Source: Alphaproteobacteria bacterium (lineage in GTDB: Bacteria > Pseudomonadota > Alphaproteobacteria > CAAHEQ01 > UBA3637). Taken from it: a DNA stretch of 54,708 nucleotides. A model generated the notes under the pieces. That model had not been told where the DNA came from, ran no database searches, and saw nothing but the letters and a program-made list of their open reading frames with translations. Within the stretch, counting starts at the first letter, position 1, and the number at the start of each line of letters is the position of its first letter. Of this stretch, positions 37,090-45,917 are shown one piece after another. The position numbers and the translations under genes are program-made. The stretch is from positions 1 through 54,708 of the forward strand of contig JAGDDD010000004.1 in assembly GCA_017958225.1 (NCBI GenBank). Direction: 5' to 3'.

Positions 37090-38188
37090 GCAACAGGTCG
37101 CCCCGTTTGAACGCCAGCGCCTTTTGACCGAATAAATCGTAACGCCAACCTTTCATGGCCGGCACATCTGCCGTATCAGACAGGGCAATTTGCTCCAAAT
37201 CAGCCGCACTGGCAATAAGACAAGTGGCCACGCCTTCTTGAGCGCACACAACCGACAACAACAAGCGCAACGCTTCCGCCGTCGATTTGGCCCACGCCGG
37301 CAAGGCTTTTTCTTTTACGGGTGCTGGGAAGAAATCGGCAGGATAGGATTCGGCACGCCGCAACGCCTCTAACACCTCATCGGCATGTTTGAGCAAGCTT
37401 TTAGAGCTGGCGCGCAACGCCGACAAGCCTTCTGCGGTATTCGGTCGCAAAGATGCAATTTCCAACACGCCTTCATCTTTTAACACTGACTTGCGCGGGC
37501 GATTGAGGGTTTGTGCCAACTGTTCGCGCCAAGCACACAACTCTCTCAACGCCGCCAAAAACTTAGGATTCGAAGAAAAACATTTGATTTTCTTCCACAT
37601 CTCATACGGTTGAGGGTTATATAAATCAGGATCTTCCAGCGCGCGCATTTTATCTTGGATCCACGCCAGGCGACCACTGCTTTCCAACTGTTCGCGCATT
37701 TGCTTATATACCTCAATCAAATAAGTCACATCGGACAGCGCATACGATTCTTGTTCGGCGGTCAAAGGCCGCAAATCCCACGCGGTCACACGCGAACTTT
37801 TATCCAAGCGCACGCCGGTATAGGCCGACACCAAGGCATGATAAGGGCTGTTGTCCTCAAAGCCACAGGCCAACGCGCCGATTTGCGTATCAAAAACGGG
37901 GGTCGGCACTTTGCCGGTCAGCATATAAAAGATTTCAATGTCTTGGCGCGCCGCGTGAAAAACCTTCATCACTTTTTTATTTTGCATAACCTTGAACAAA
38001 GGGGATAAATCTATCCCCTCGGCCAACGGATCTATGCACGCCGCTTTCTCTTCGGACGCCACCTGGATAAGACACACCACAGGATGATACGTATGCTCGC
38101 GCACAAACTCGGTATCAACGGCAATCGCGGATTGGTTTTGCAGGTGTGCACAAAACTCTTGTAAATCTTTTGAATTCGTAATCAACAT
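37034..38188 (-). CDS. rnd: ribonuclease D
   Basis: AIAVDTEFVREHTYHPVVCLIQV DEDD exonuclease core and an HRDC region. Start chosen at MLITNS (38188). Confidence 0.85.
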   Translation of the reverse strand: MLITNSKDLQEFCAHLQNQSAIAVDTEFVREHTYHPVVCLIQVASEEKAACIDPLAEGIDLSPLFKVMQNKKVMKVFHAARQDIEIFYMLTGKVPTPVFDTQIGALACGFEDNSPYHALVSAYTGVRLDKSSRVTAWDLRPLTAEQESYALSDVTYLIEVYKQMREQLESSGRLAWIQDKMRALEDPDLYNPQPYEMWKKIKCFSSNPKFLAALRELCAWREQLAQTLNRPRKSVLKDEGVLEIASLRPNTAEGLSALRASSKSLLKHADEVLEALRRAESYPADFFPAPVKEKALPAWAKSTAEALRLLLSVVCAQEGVATCLIASAADLEQIALSDTADVPAMKGWRYDLFGQKALAFKRGDLLLSFDEQAHRMMFEPRCSK

Positions 38189-38264
38189 GCCCGAAAGCAT
38201 ACACTTTTTTTGCCTTTTTCGCAAGGATAATTTACTTTTACCAAAAAGCGAGTATAGTAAAAGT

Positions 38265-39083
38265 ATGACTTTATTGACACCGCCCGTAAAAGATCTGATG
38301 GCCACGCTGAAAGACGCTTACCTTGTCGGCGGGTGCGTACGCGATTATTTTGCCGACCGGCCTTGTTCCGATATAGATATGGCAACACCCTTGTCTCCCG
38401 ACCAATATATGAAAAGATTATCGGCTTATAAAGTGGTGCCGACAGGGCTGTCTCATGGCACGGTGACTATTGTTTTGAACAACAAACAAACCATTGAATT
38501 GACCAGTTTTCGCGCAGATGTCGCTACCGATGGACGACATGCGCAGGTGCGCTTTGGCACAAGCCTAGAAGAAGATGCATTGCGGCGCGATTTTACCATC
38601 AACGCTCTGTATATGGACCGACAAGGACGCCTGTATGATGTTGTAGGCGGGTTGGATGATTTAAAGCACCACCGCGTGCGCTTTATCGGCGACCCGGATC
38701 AGCGTCTGCAAGAAGATGTCCTACGCTTGCTGCGCTTTTTCCGTTTTTGGGGATTGTTTGGCAAAGAGCCGGCCGACGCTGACGCACTGACCGCCTGTCA
38801 AAAACATGCGCCGCGCCTGGCTACCCTGTCCAAAGAACGCCGCACTGCTGAATTGTTCAAGATTTTAGTGCTGCCTAATGCGGATAAAGTGTTACGCCTG
38901 ATGTATGACGCCCATGTTTTGCCCGAACTGTTGGCCTGTAACACCTTATTTGATGTGGTCGCGCAACTGCCGGCCGATCCTGTGGTGCGTTTATGGACCC
39001 TATTGGCTCAAAAGCAACTGCCGGACAACCTGTCTTTGACCCGAAAACAGCGCTTGTTATTTCAAAAACTGACAAAAGCATAA
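38265..39083 (+). CDS. short CCA-adding enzyme / poly(A) polymerase-family nucleotidyltransferase
   Basis: YLVGGCVRDYF...DIDMAT, RRDFTINALY. Only 272 aa. Confidence 0.7.
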   Translation: MTLLTPPVKDLMATLKDAYLVGGCVRDYFADRPCSDIDMATPLSPDQYMKRLSAYKVVPTGLSHGTVTIVLNNKQTIELTSFRADVATDGRHAQVRFGTSLEEDALRRDFTINALYMDRQGRLYDVVGGLDDLKHHRVRFIGDPDQRLQEDVLRLLRFFRFWGLFGKEPADADALTACQKHAPRLATLSKERRTAELFKILVLPNADKVLRLMYDAHVLPELLACNTLFDVVAQLPADPVVRLWTLLAQKQLPDNLSLTRKQRLLFQKLTKA

Positions 39084-39149
39084 AAAAAAGATTGTCTTTT
39101 TTTTCAAAAGGTTGTAAAATATCGGATATTAAAAACAAAGGAGTGCACC

Positions 39150-39587
39150 ATGAACAAAACTCAATCCGGACGTTCTATGTTGGAAATGTTGGCCGTTTTA
39201 TGCGTTATCGGCGTATTGACGGTGGGCGTCTTGCTCGGTTATCGGCAAGGTATGATTCGTTATAAAACCTATCGAACACATGTAGAATTGTCCGAAATGG
39301 TCGATGGCATTTATCGTGTATGTAACTTTTGGAGCGCATTAGATCAGTGCGCACCTTCGGGTGGTGTCTCGGGATCCCTTACGGGAGCTAGCATTGTTTC
39401 TTCTATGATCAACCCCTTCGGAAAAGACTATAATGTCAGTGTGGGATCGGGTGCCGCTTCTCAAACCATCTCAACCGATGTTGAAACTTCTGATGTGTGT
39501 AACGAGTTGAAAAACGAAGATTGGCCCGCCGGCGTTGATGCCGCCACTTGCTCGGGTTCTGTGCTCACACTGAAATTAGAAAACTAA
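39150..39587 (+). CDS. prepilin-type N-terminal domain protein (type IV pilin/pseudopilin-like)
   Basis: [23 protein letters not shown]: Gly, Glu at +5, hydrophobic helix. C-terminal Cys pair. Confidence 0.6.
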   Translation: MNKTQSGRSMLEMLAVLCVIGVLTVGVLLGYRQGMIRYKTYRTHVELSEMVDGIYRVCNFWSALDQCAPSGGVSGSLTGASIVSSMINPFGKDYNVSVGSGAASQTISTDVETSDVCNELKNEDWPAGVDAATCSGSVLTLKLEN

Positions 39588-40303
39588 TCGCCTATTTTCA
39601 AAACTTCTTTTTGAAGTTGGGTCAAGGTGCTTGCGCCTTGTTGTGCCAATGCCAGCAATTGTAAAAAAGTGTCCGTCTCAAACGGGACCTTTTCGGCTGT
39701 GGCCTGCACTTCTACCAACGCACCCTCGCCCGTGAAGACAAAATTGCTGTCTGTTTGCGCGTGCGAATCTTCCTGATAATCTAAATCAAGCAACGGTTGT
39801 CCGTCATATACACCGCAAGAAATGGCGCATACGGTATGCAGGCAAGGAATCTTGGCCCATGCCCGTTGCTGTGCCAAGGTTTGTAAGGCTTGATACAGAG
39901 CAACAAAACCGCCGGTAATGGACGCTGTGCGCGTTCCGCCGTCCGCCTGCAGCACATCACAGTCAATTTTAATACAAGTTTCTCCCAACGCTTGCAAATC
40001 AACCGCGGCACGCAATGACCGTCCAATCAAGCGTTGAATCTCTTGTGTGCGCCCGCTTTGACCTTTGATGGCTTCACGATCCGTGCGGGTCGCTGTAGCG
40101 CGTGGCAACATACCGTATTCGGCGGTGATCCAGCCTTGCCCGCTGTTTTTCAACCACAAAGGCACACGTTCTTCCACCGAGGCGGTGCATATCACATGTG
40201 TGTTACCGCACTTGATTAAACAAGATCCTTCGGCATAGGGATTGACACCTACTTGAAGAGAGACGGGTCGTAAAGCGTTGTTTTCTCTGTTCTCTGCGCG
40301 CAT
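39584..40303 (-). CDS. rph: ribonuclease PH
   Basis: LRPVSLQ...[13 protein letters not shown]...[18 protein letters not shown]. Confidence 0.9.
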   Translation of the reverse strand: MRAENRENNALRPVSLQVGVNPYAEGSCLIKCGNTHVICTASVEERVPLWLKNSGQGWITAEYGMLPRATATRTDREAIKGQSGRTQEIQRLIGRSLRAAVDLQALGETCIKIDCDVLQADGGTRTASITGGFVALYQALQTLAQQRAWAKIPCLHTVCAISCGVYDGQPLLDLDYQEDSHAQTDSNFVFTGEGALVEVQATAEKVPFETDTFLQLLALAQQGASTLTQLQKEVLKIGD

Positions 40304-40316
40304 ATTTACTCCTTGA

Positions 40317-40345
40317 CTTGCAAAACGGACAAAAGTGTCCTAAAT
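40317..40345 (+). promoter_or_regulatory. RpoH-type promoter CTTGCAA-N14-TCCTAAAT for grpE
   Basis: Same -35 heptamer and spacing as the dnaK promoter. Confidence 0.35.
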
Positions 40346-40376
40346 ATATATTCACTTATAGAATAAAGGATACATT

Positions 40377-40907
40377 ATGGATAAAAAAAATCAACAAAAA
40401 ACAACGAAACTCGCCCCGCAACCCCCGCATAAAGCCCATGCCGCGCCCGGCGTCAGTCAGGCAGAATATGATGCTTTGCGCGAAAAATATGTGCGCGCCT
40501 ATGCGGATATGGAAAATATCAAAAAGCACACGCAAGCCGAAATCGTGCGCCGCTCGCAAGCCGCTGTCGGCTCTTTTGCTTTGGATTTATTGACGGTGGC
40601 TGATAATCTGGAACGGGCGCTGGCGCAAGAAATGCCGGCTGAATTGGCCCAAAACGATTATATGAAAAACCTGCGCGAAGGCTTGGAATTGACGCACAAG
40701 GCCTTGATGAGCGCTCTGGCCAAACAAAATATTCGCCCGATTGAAAGCATGGGCAAAGTGTTTGACCCGGCGTGCGAAAAAGTCATCCAGCAAGTCAAAG
40801 ACGACAAAAAGCCGGAAGGCACTGTCGTTCAAGTGTGGCAGAAAGGCTATATGTCGGGCGAAAATCATGTCCTGCGCGAAGCGATGGTCGTGGTGACCCA
40901 AAAATAG
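40377..40907 (+). CDS. grpE: nucleotide exchange factor GrpE
   Basis: RAYADMENIKK...LLTVADNLERAL...FDPACEKVI. Confidence 0.9.
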   Translation: MDKKNQQKTTKLAPQPPHKAHAAPGVSQAEYDALREKYVRAYADMENIKKHTQAEIVRRSQAAVGSFALDLLTVADNLERALAQEMPAELAQNDYMKNLREGLELTHKALMSALAKQNIRPIESMGKVFDPACEKVIQQVKDDKKPEGTVVQVWQKGYMSGENHVLREAMVVVTQK

Positions 40908-40978
40908 AACGAAAAAAGTTCTTTTCTTTTCATAAAAAAAGGCCTATACTGAGGATACTTTAACAAATGAGGTGTCCT

Positions 40979-41335
40979 ATGAAATATATTTCCTTACTTT
41001 CTTTAATTGTCTTGTGCGCTTGCACAACCACACAACCCCAACAGCCCGCGCCCGAACCCACCACTTTGGATGAAGCCGTTGTGGCAACGGATGATGCTGT
41101 GTGGGAAGAACAAAATATGTGCCAAGAAGAAGACGAGATTTGTTTCGTTTTGTTCGCATCTCCCAGCAACAAGATTTACCGTTGCTCATCGGATGATGCA
41201 GCCTGCATTGCCGCCATGGTGGAAGCCGGATTTACCCGTATTGGCAGCGAAGCATATTCCCCGTTAAAAGATCGTCCGTTCTTGGGCTTTGAAAAAGAAA
41301 AATGGGGTAAGTTCGTCGTTTGGCAACTCCGGTAA
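40979..41335 (+). CDS. hypothetical lipoprotein
   Basis: MKYISLLSLIVLCAC lipobox. Acidic, with 6 Cys. Confidence 0.5.
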   Translation: MKYISLLSLIVLCACTTTQPQQPAPEPTTLDEAVVATDDAVWEEQNMCQEEDEICFVLFASPSNKIYRCSSDDAACIAAMVEAGFTRIGSEAYSPLKDRPFLGFEKEKWGKFVVWQLR

Positions 41336-41341
41336 GGTGTA

Positions 41342-42847
41342 ATGCACTCGCGCATTTACACAGTCTCTTTTCAAGGCGTAGAGGCTCAAAAAGTCAGCAT
41401 AGAAGTTCAAATATCTGGCTCTGTTCCTGCTTTTGTTTTGGTCGGCTTGGCTGAAAAGGCTGTGGCCGAAAGTAAAGAGCGTGTGCGCGCCGCGTTACAT
41501 TCTATGGGCATGTCGTTGCCCCGTCGGCGTATTACCGTCAATTTAGCGCCGGCCGATATGATTAAAGAAGGCTCACATTTTGACTTGCCGATTGCGGTGG
41601 CGTTGCTCTGTGCCATGGAAGTTTTGCCGGCCGACGAAATGTCACGCTATGTCATGTTGGGCGAGCTCAGCCTGACCGGCAGTATTGAGCCTGTGTTGGG
41701 TGTTTTGCCGGCGGCCGTTGCGGCGACTCGTTGGGAACACGGCCTGATTTGTCCGGCAGCGCAAGGCTCGGAAGCGTTGTGGAGTGGCAATGATGATATT
41801 TTAGCACCGGCGTCTTTATGGGATTTGATTCATCATTTCAAAGGCGACAAATTGATTGCCCCGCCACAAAAAGCCTCTATGGAATGCCCTTCCCGCTTTC
41901 TTGATTTAAAAGATATCAAAGGACAGGAAACCGCCAAGCGTGCGTTGGAAATTGCCGCGGCCGGCGGACACAATATGCTGATGGTCGGCCCGCCCGGTGC
42001 CGGTAAGTCAATGTTGGCCGCACGTCTGCCCGGCTTATTGCCGCCGATGACTCAACAGGAAATCTTGGAAGTGAGTATGATTCACTCGGTAGCCGGTCTG
42101 CTCAAAGACGGACATTTGGTAACCCAGCGCCCGTTCCGCGATCCACATCACAGCGCCTCTATGCCGGCCTTGGTCGGGGGCAGTATCAAAGCGCGCCCCG
42201 GAGAGGTGTCTTTGGCTCATCGTGGTGTGTTGTTTTTGGACGAATTGCCCGAGTTTCAGCGCGCGACATTGGAAGCCTTGCGCCAGCCCTTAGAAACCGG
42301 CTATGTCACTGTGGCGCGCGCTAATGCGCATATTACTTATCCGGCACGGTTCCAGTTGGTCGCCGCTATGAATCCTTGCCGTTGCGGGTATCTCGGCACA
42401 CCTGGGCAAGAATGTTCGCGCGCCCCGAAATGTGCCGAAGAATATCAAGCCAAAATCTCCGGACCTTTGCTGGACAGAATTGACTTACATGTCAATGTGC
42501 CGGCGGTATTACCGACAGAAATTAGCACTGTGGGCAGCGGCGAATCCTCTGTGCAGGTGGCTGAGCGAATCCAAAAAGCGATGGCGCTTCAAACAGCGCG
42601 CTATAAAGGCACATCCATTATTCGCAATGCTGAGGCGGATGCGTCTGTCTTGGATAAAATTGTGCCTTTGCAGGGTGCCGAATTGGCCTTTATGACAGAG
42701 GCGGCCAACCGCCTGCATTTGACAGCGCGGTCCTTCCATCGCGTGTTGCGTGTGGCCCGCACAATTGCCGACTTGGCGCAAAGTGAAGCGGTGCAAGTGC
42801 AACATTTGGCCGAGGCGTTATCTTTCCGTGCACGGCAGGGGGTATAA
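41342..42847 (+). CDS. comM: YifB/ComM-family Mg-chelatase-like AAA+ ATPase
   Basis: Lon-like N-domain, GPPGAGKSM, VLFLDELPEF. Confidence 0.85.
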   Translation: MHSRIYTVSFQGVEAQKVSIEVQISGSVPAFVLVGLAEKAVAESKERVRAALHSMGMSLPRRRITVNLAPADMIKEGSHFDLPIAVALLCAMEVLPADEMSRYVMLGELSLTGSIEPVLGVLPAAVAATRWEHGLICPAAQGSEALWSGNDDILAPASLWDLIHHFKGDKLIAPPQKASMECPSRFLDLKDIKGQETAKRALEIAAAGGHNMLMVGPPGAGKSMLAARLPGLLPPMTQQEILEVSMIHSVAGLLKDGHLVTQRPFRDPHHSASMPALVGGSIKARPGEVSLAHRGVLFLDELPEFQRATLEALRQPLETGYVTVARANAHITYPARFQLVAAMNPCRCGYLGTPGQECSRAPKCAEEYQAKISGPLLDRIDLHVNVPAVLPTEISTVGSGESSVQVAERIQKAMALQTARYKGTSIIRNAEADASVLDKIVPLQGAELAFMTEAANRLHLTARSFHRVLRVARTIADLAQSEAVQVQHLAEALSFRARQGV

Positions 42848-42850
42848 CCC

Positions 42851-44389
42851 ATGCGCTGGCCGGCCTGTTTCAAGACGTTTCAAAATCCCGCCCATTTTCT
42901 GTTAGAAGTGATGGACGCTATGCCTTTCGGGTATTTTTATTTTTTGGAAGGCAAACATAAAAAACAGGAAAAGGCTTCTCATCGTTTGACGATTGCCTTG
43001 CGCTTGCAAAAGCAAACTTTTACCGAGCTGTTATCTAAGTTAGATTCGGCCAGTCAAACCACCTTAAAGGCCGCCGTGCAAGCGTTGCGCAAAAAAGGTG
43101 AGCCTTTTACCGCCGATATCGACTCGGCACAAAAAACAAATCGCTGGAAAGTCACCGGCTGGCAACACACACATGACAAAACGCAATTAAAAGTATCCAT
43201 TTTGTGGTTTGAGCCTGTTTCGCAAGACCGCGCGCTGCAGGAACAACAACGCGCTCTGATTAAGGCCTTAAAAGAAAAAGATGCCCTGTTTGCGCAGGGA
43301 TTAGATTGTATAGATATGCCCCTATGGTTACGCAATACGGATATGTCGCTGGCTTATTGTAATCAGGCGTATGTTAATCTTTGCGGGCAAAAAAACAGAG
43401 CGCAGGCGATTAAACACAACGCCGAATTGCCCTATCAGTCGGAAGAAAATCTGTCGGCAAAATTATTGGCCTTGTCCGCCACAACATCCGGACGCACCAA
43501 ACAAACCAACGGCGTCTTGTCCATCAACGGACAGCGCACCACTTTCTGCTTTACGGAAGCACCTTTTGTGGCCGGTGCAGAAACGACAGAACGCGCCACC
43601 ATCGGGTATGCGCAAAATATTCAAAAAGAAACCACTCTTTTTCAAACTTTGCAACAATACATCGACGCACAACACCTGTTGTTAGGGGCTTTGACATTGG
43701 GTGTCGCCATTTTTGATGCCAACGCGCGCATGCAATATCACAACGCCTCGTTCAGTCAATTATGGTCATTGGAAGACGATTGGCTTAATGCACAGCCGAC
43801 GTTCGGACAGGTGCTGGATAAGTTGCGCGATTTGCGCCTTGTGCCTGAAGAGGCCGATTTTACACATTATAAGCACCGAGAACTCAATGCCTTTGCGACG
43901 CTGTCTCAACCGACGGAAGAGATGATGTTTTTGCCGTCCGGCCGCGTGATTAAACGCACCATGACCCCGTATTTACAAGGTGGCCTGGTTATGATTTTTG
44001 ATGATGTAACCGATCGCTTGGCGATGGAAAGATCTTTCAATGAGCAACTGGATATTCAAAAAACCGTCATCAATCACTTGCCGGAAGGTATTGCGTTGTT
44101 CAATAACGAACGCCGCTTAAAACTGTGTAACCGCTCCTATGAAGAGTTCTTGGGGACACCGGCGGTCAATTTACCGTTGGATGACTTTTTGGAAACGCAA
44201 CGTGCCTGTGTTGATATCAGCGCGGACGTGTGGGCGCTGCACAAACAAAAAATCTTATCGGCTATAGAAAATAAAGAAAATCCGTTGATACAGATTCCGC
44301 TGATTCAGGGCGATACGCTACGTTTAAGTATTGCCTATTTGCCGGATGGCGGATTTATGTTGTCATACGAAAAACTTGACCCGAAATAG
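42851..44389 (+). CDS. multi-PAS sensor protein without recognisable output domain
   Basis: Repeated PAS-like segments (LWLRNTDMSLAYCNQAY, VAIFDANARMQYHNASF, IALFNNERRLKLCNRSY). No H-box or ATPase motifs before the stop. Confidence 0.6.
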   Translation: MRWPACFKTFQNPAHFLLEVMDAMPFGYFYFLEGKHKKQEKASHRLTIALRLQKQTFTELLSKLDSASQTTLKAAVQALRKKGEPFTADIDSAQKTNRWKVTGWQHTHDKTQLKVSILWFEPVSQDRALQEQQRALIKALKEKDALFAQGLDCIDMPLWLRNTDMSLAYCNQAYVNLCGQKNRAQAIKHNAELPYQSEENLSAKLLALSATTSGRTKQTNGVLSINGQRTTFCFTEAPFVAGAETTERATIGYAQNIQKETTLFQTLQQYIDAQHLLLGALTLGVAIFDANARMQYHNASFSQLWSLEDDWLNAQPTFGQVLDKLRDLRLVPEEADFTHYKHRELNAFATLSQPTEEMMFLPSGRVIKRTMTPYLQGGLVMIFDDVTDRLAMERSFNEQLDIQKTVINHLPEGIALFNNERRLKLCNRSYEEFLGTPAVNLPLDDFLETQRACVDISADVWALHKQKILSAIENKENPLIQIPLIQGDTLRLSIAYLPDGGFMLSYEKLDPK

Positions 44390-44404
44390 ATTTTAGGGTA
44401 TAAA
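44376..44404 (+). promoter_or_regulatory. candidate promoter TTGACC-N17-TATAAA for tRNA-Ser
   Basis: The -10 box ends 14 nt before the tRNA 5' end. Confidence 0.4.
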
Positions 44405-44418
44405 TAACCCCACGACAT

Positions 44419-44510
44419 GGAGAGGTGGCAGAGTGGTCGAATGCGCGTGACTCGAAATCATGTATACTCGTAAGGGTATCGGGGGTTCAAATCCCTCCCT
44501 CTCCGCCAAA
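44419..44510 (+). tRNA. tRNA-Ser (CGA), CCA encoded
   Basis: GGAGAGG/CCTCTCC acceptor stem, CTCGAAA anticodon loop, long variable arm, GGTTCAAATCC T-loop. Confidence 0.9.
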
Positions 44511-44514
44511 TAAT

Positions 44515-45690
44515 TTATTTATGTTTGCCAAAATGTTCGGCTAATCTTTTGTTTTCCAACGCCCGATAGTATTCCATTTTTTCAATAAACTTGACAGGAT
44601 TAACCGTAACAGCGCCATAGTTTCTAGGATCTTTTGTCCCCGTGCTCAACAGATCTTGCCAGATTTTATCCTGCCAATCTTTTTGTTGTGTATAAGAGGG
44701 AAAAGCTTGCAAACCACAAGCCACCAATCCGCTCAAATAAGGATACGTCCAACTCGCTCCCCCTAATTCATCATACATATATCCTCCCATGTAAGAGGCA
44801 AATGTTCTTTGATCTCTGGGAACAATCAAGCACGTTCCTGCAAGTTCAGGTGGCCAGTCGGCTAAATTATCAGGCCCTTGTAAATTATCCGCAGCATCGG
44901 AATAGAGATCACGTTTAGCCCCTCCCACGCTTCTCCTCCCCCGCCGAATACCATAACAACCTCCAAAAACCATACAACCGGACTCTTCCACTTTTTTGAA
45001 CAATTCTTGTCTTTCTTCAAAGGCAATATCTGTGAGGTTACCCCAAGAACACGACAGACATCGGATTTTATCTTTCTCTTCGTGTGTGTTATTCCAATCA
45101 ATAATTTTCTGTAAAGTCGGGTTTTGCAAGCGCGCATCGTGAACCCCCTTTTCATGGTTATAGCAAAAGTGTGCCCAAAAGAAAAGATGCGCATCCGGGG
45201 CGCTGCCGCAATTTTTTCCGCACAACAATGATGAGACCGCCGCACCATGATACCACGCTTCATCTTTTGGAGTGTTTGACGGCATAAACCCCGTCTCATA
45301 AAAAACAACATTGTCTTTGTATTCCGGATGATCCACATAAAGAACGTGATCAACAATGGCCACATTTACACCTTTGCCCGTATATCCTTTTTGATGAATA
45401 CCACGGATACCCAAACCACTATTTTTACCGCTTTCCAAGCGTTGCGCCATTTGTTCGGCTATCTCCGCCGGCCAAATCACATGTTCTGTATATGCGTTGA
45501 TTTGCATCAAAAGTTCCCGGCCCTTCGGGCAGGTTAAATCTAATTTTGACAAATCTGCATTGAATAATTTTCTGTCATATACGTTTGGACAACTGTTTAT
45601 AAAAGCTGCAAGTTCTTCTAATGTATGAAAAACTTGTTTAGGTAGTTGGGCTTTCTTCGGGTGGCATTCTATGTAAATGGGTTCGCTCAT
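44515..45690 (-). CDS. S8 (subtilisin-family) serine peptidase without signal peptide
   Basis: D-H-S order: GVNVAIVDH, WYHGAAVSS, GGASWTYPYLSG. ATG at 45690 with an AGGAG RBS. Confidence 0.7.
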   Translation of the reverse strand: MSEPIYIECHPKKAQLPKQVFHTLEELAAFINSCPNVYDRKLFNADLSKLDLTCPKGRELLMQINAYTEHVIWPAEIAEQMAQRLESGKNSGLGIRGIHQKGYTGKGVNVAIVDHVLYVDHPEYKDNVVFYETGFMPSNTPKDEAWYHGAAVSSLLCGKNCGSAPDAHLFFWAHFCYNHEKGVHDARLQNPTLQKIIDWNNTHEEKDKIRCLSCSWGNLTDIAFEERQELFKKVEESGCMVFGGCYGIRRGRRSVGGAKRDLYSDAADNLQGPDNLADWPPELAGTCLIVPRDQRTFASYMGGYMYDELGGASWTYPYLSGLVACGLQAFPSYTQQKDWQDKIWQDLLSTGTKDPRNYGAVTVNPVKFIEKMEYYRALENKRLAEHFGKHK

Positions 45691-45721
45691 GACATTTCTC
45701 CTGCGCTGTTGATATGTGGTC

Positions 45722-45750
45722 ATTATACCATAAAATGTCTGCAAAGTCAA
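45722..45750 (-). promoter_or_regulatory. sigma70 promoter TTGACT-N17-(TGG)TATAAT for the S8 peptidase
   Basis: Near-consensus hexamers with an extended -10 TGn. Confidence 0.5.
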
Positions 45751-45766
45751 AGTGCGATCTGGCAAT

Positions 45767-45795
45767 AAAAAAAGCCACCTAAAAGGTGGCTTTTT
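45767..45795. terminator. hairpin terminator after tRNA-Asp
   Basis: A7-GCCACC-TAAAA-GGTGGC-T5. Confidence 0.65.
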
Positions 45796-45798
45796 AAA

Positions 45799-45875
45799 TG
45801 GCGGGAGTGAAGGGGCTCGAACCCTCGACCTTCTGCGTGACAGGCAGACGCTCTAACCAGCTGAGCTACACCCCC
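45799..45875 (-). tRNA. tRNA-Asp (GUC), CCA encoded
   Basis: GGGGGTGTAGCTCAGCTGGTTAGAGC...CTGTCAC loop...GGTTCGAGCCC...CACTCCCGCCA. Confidence 0.9.
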
Positions 45876-45917
45876 TTACCGATTAGACTTTATGTTTATC
45901 AGAAAATGAAAATAAAA

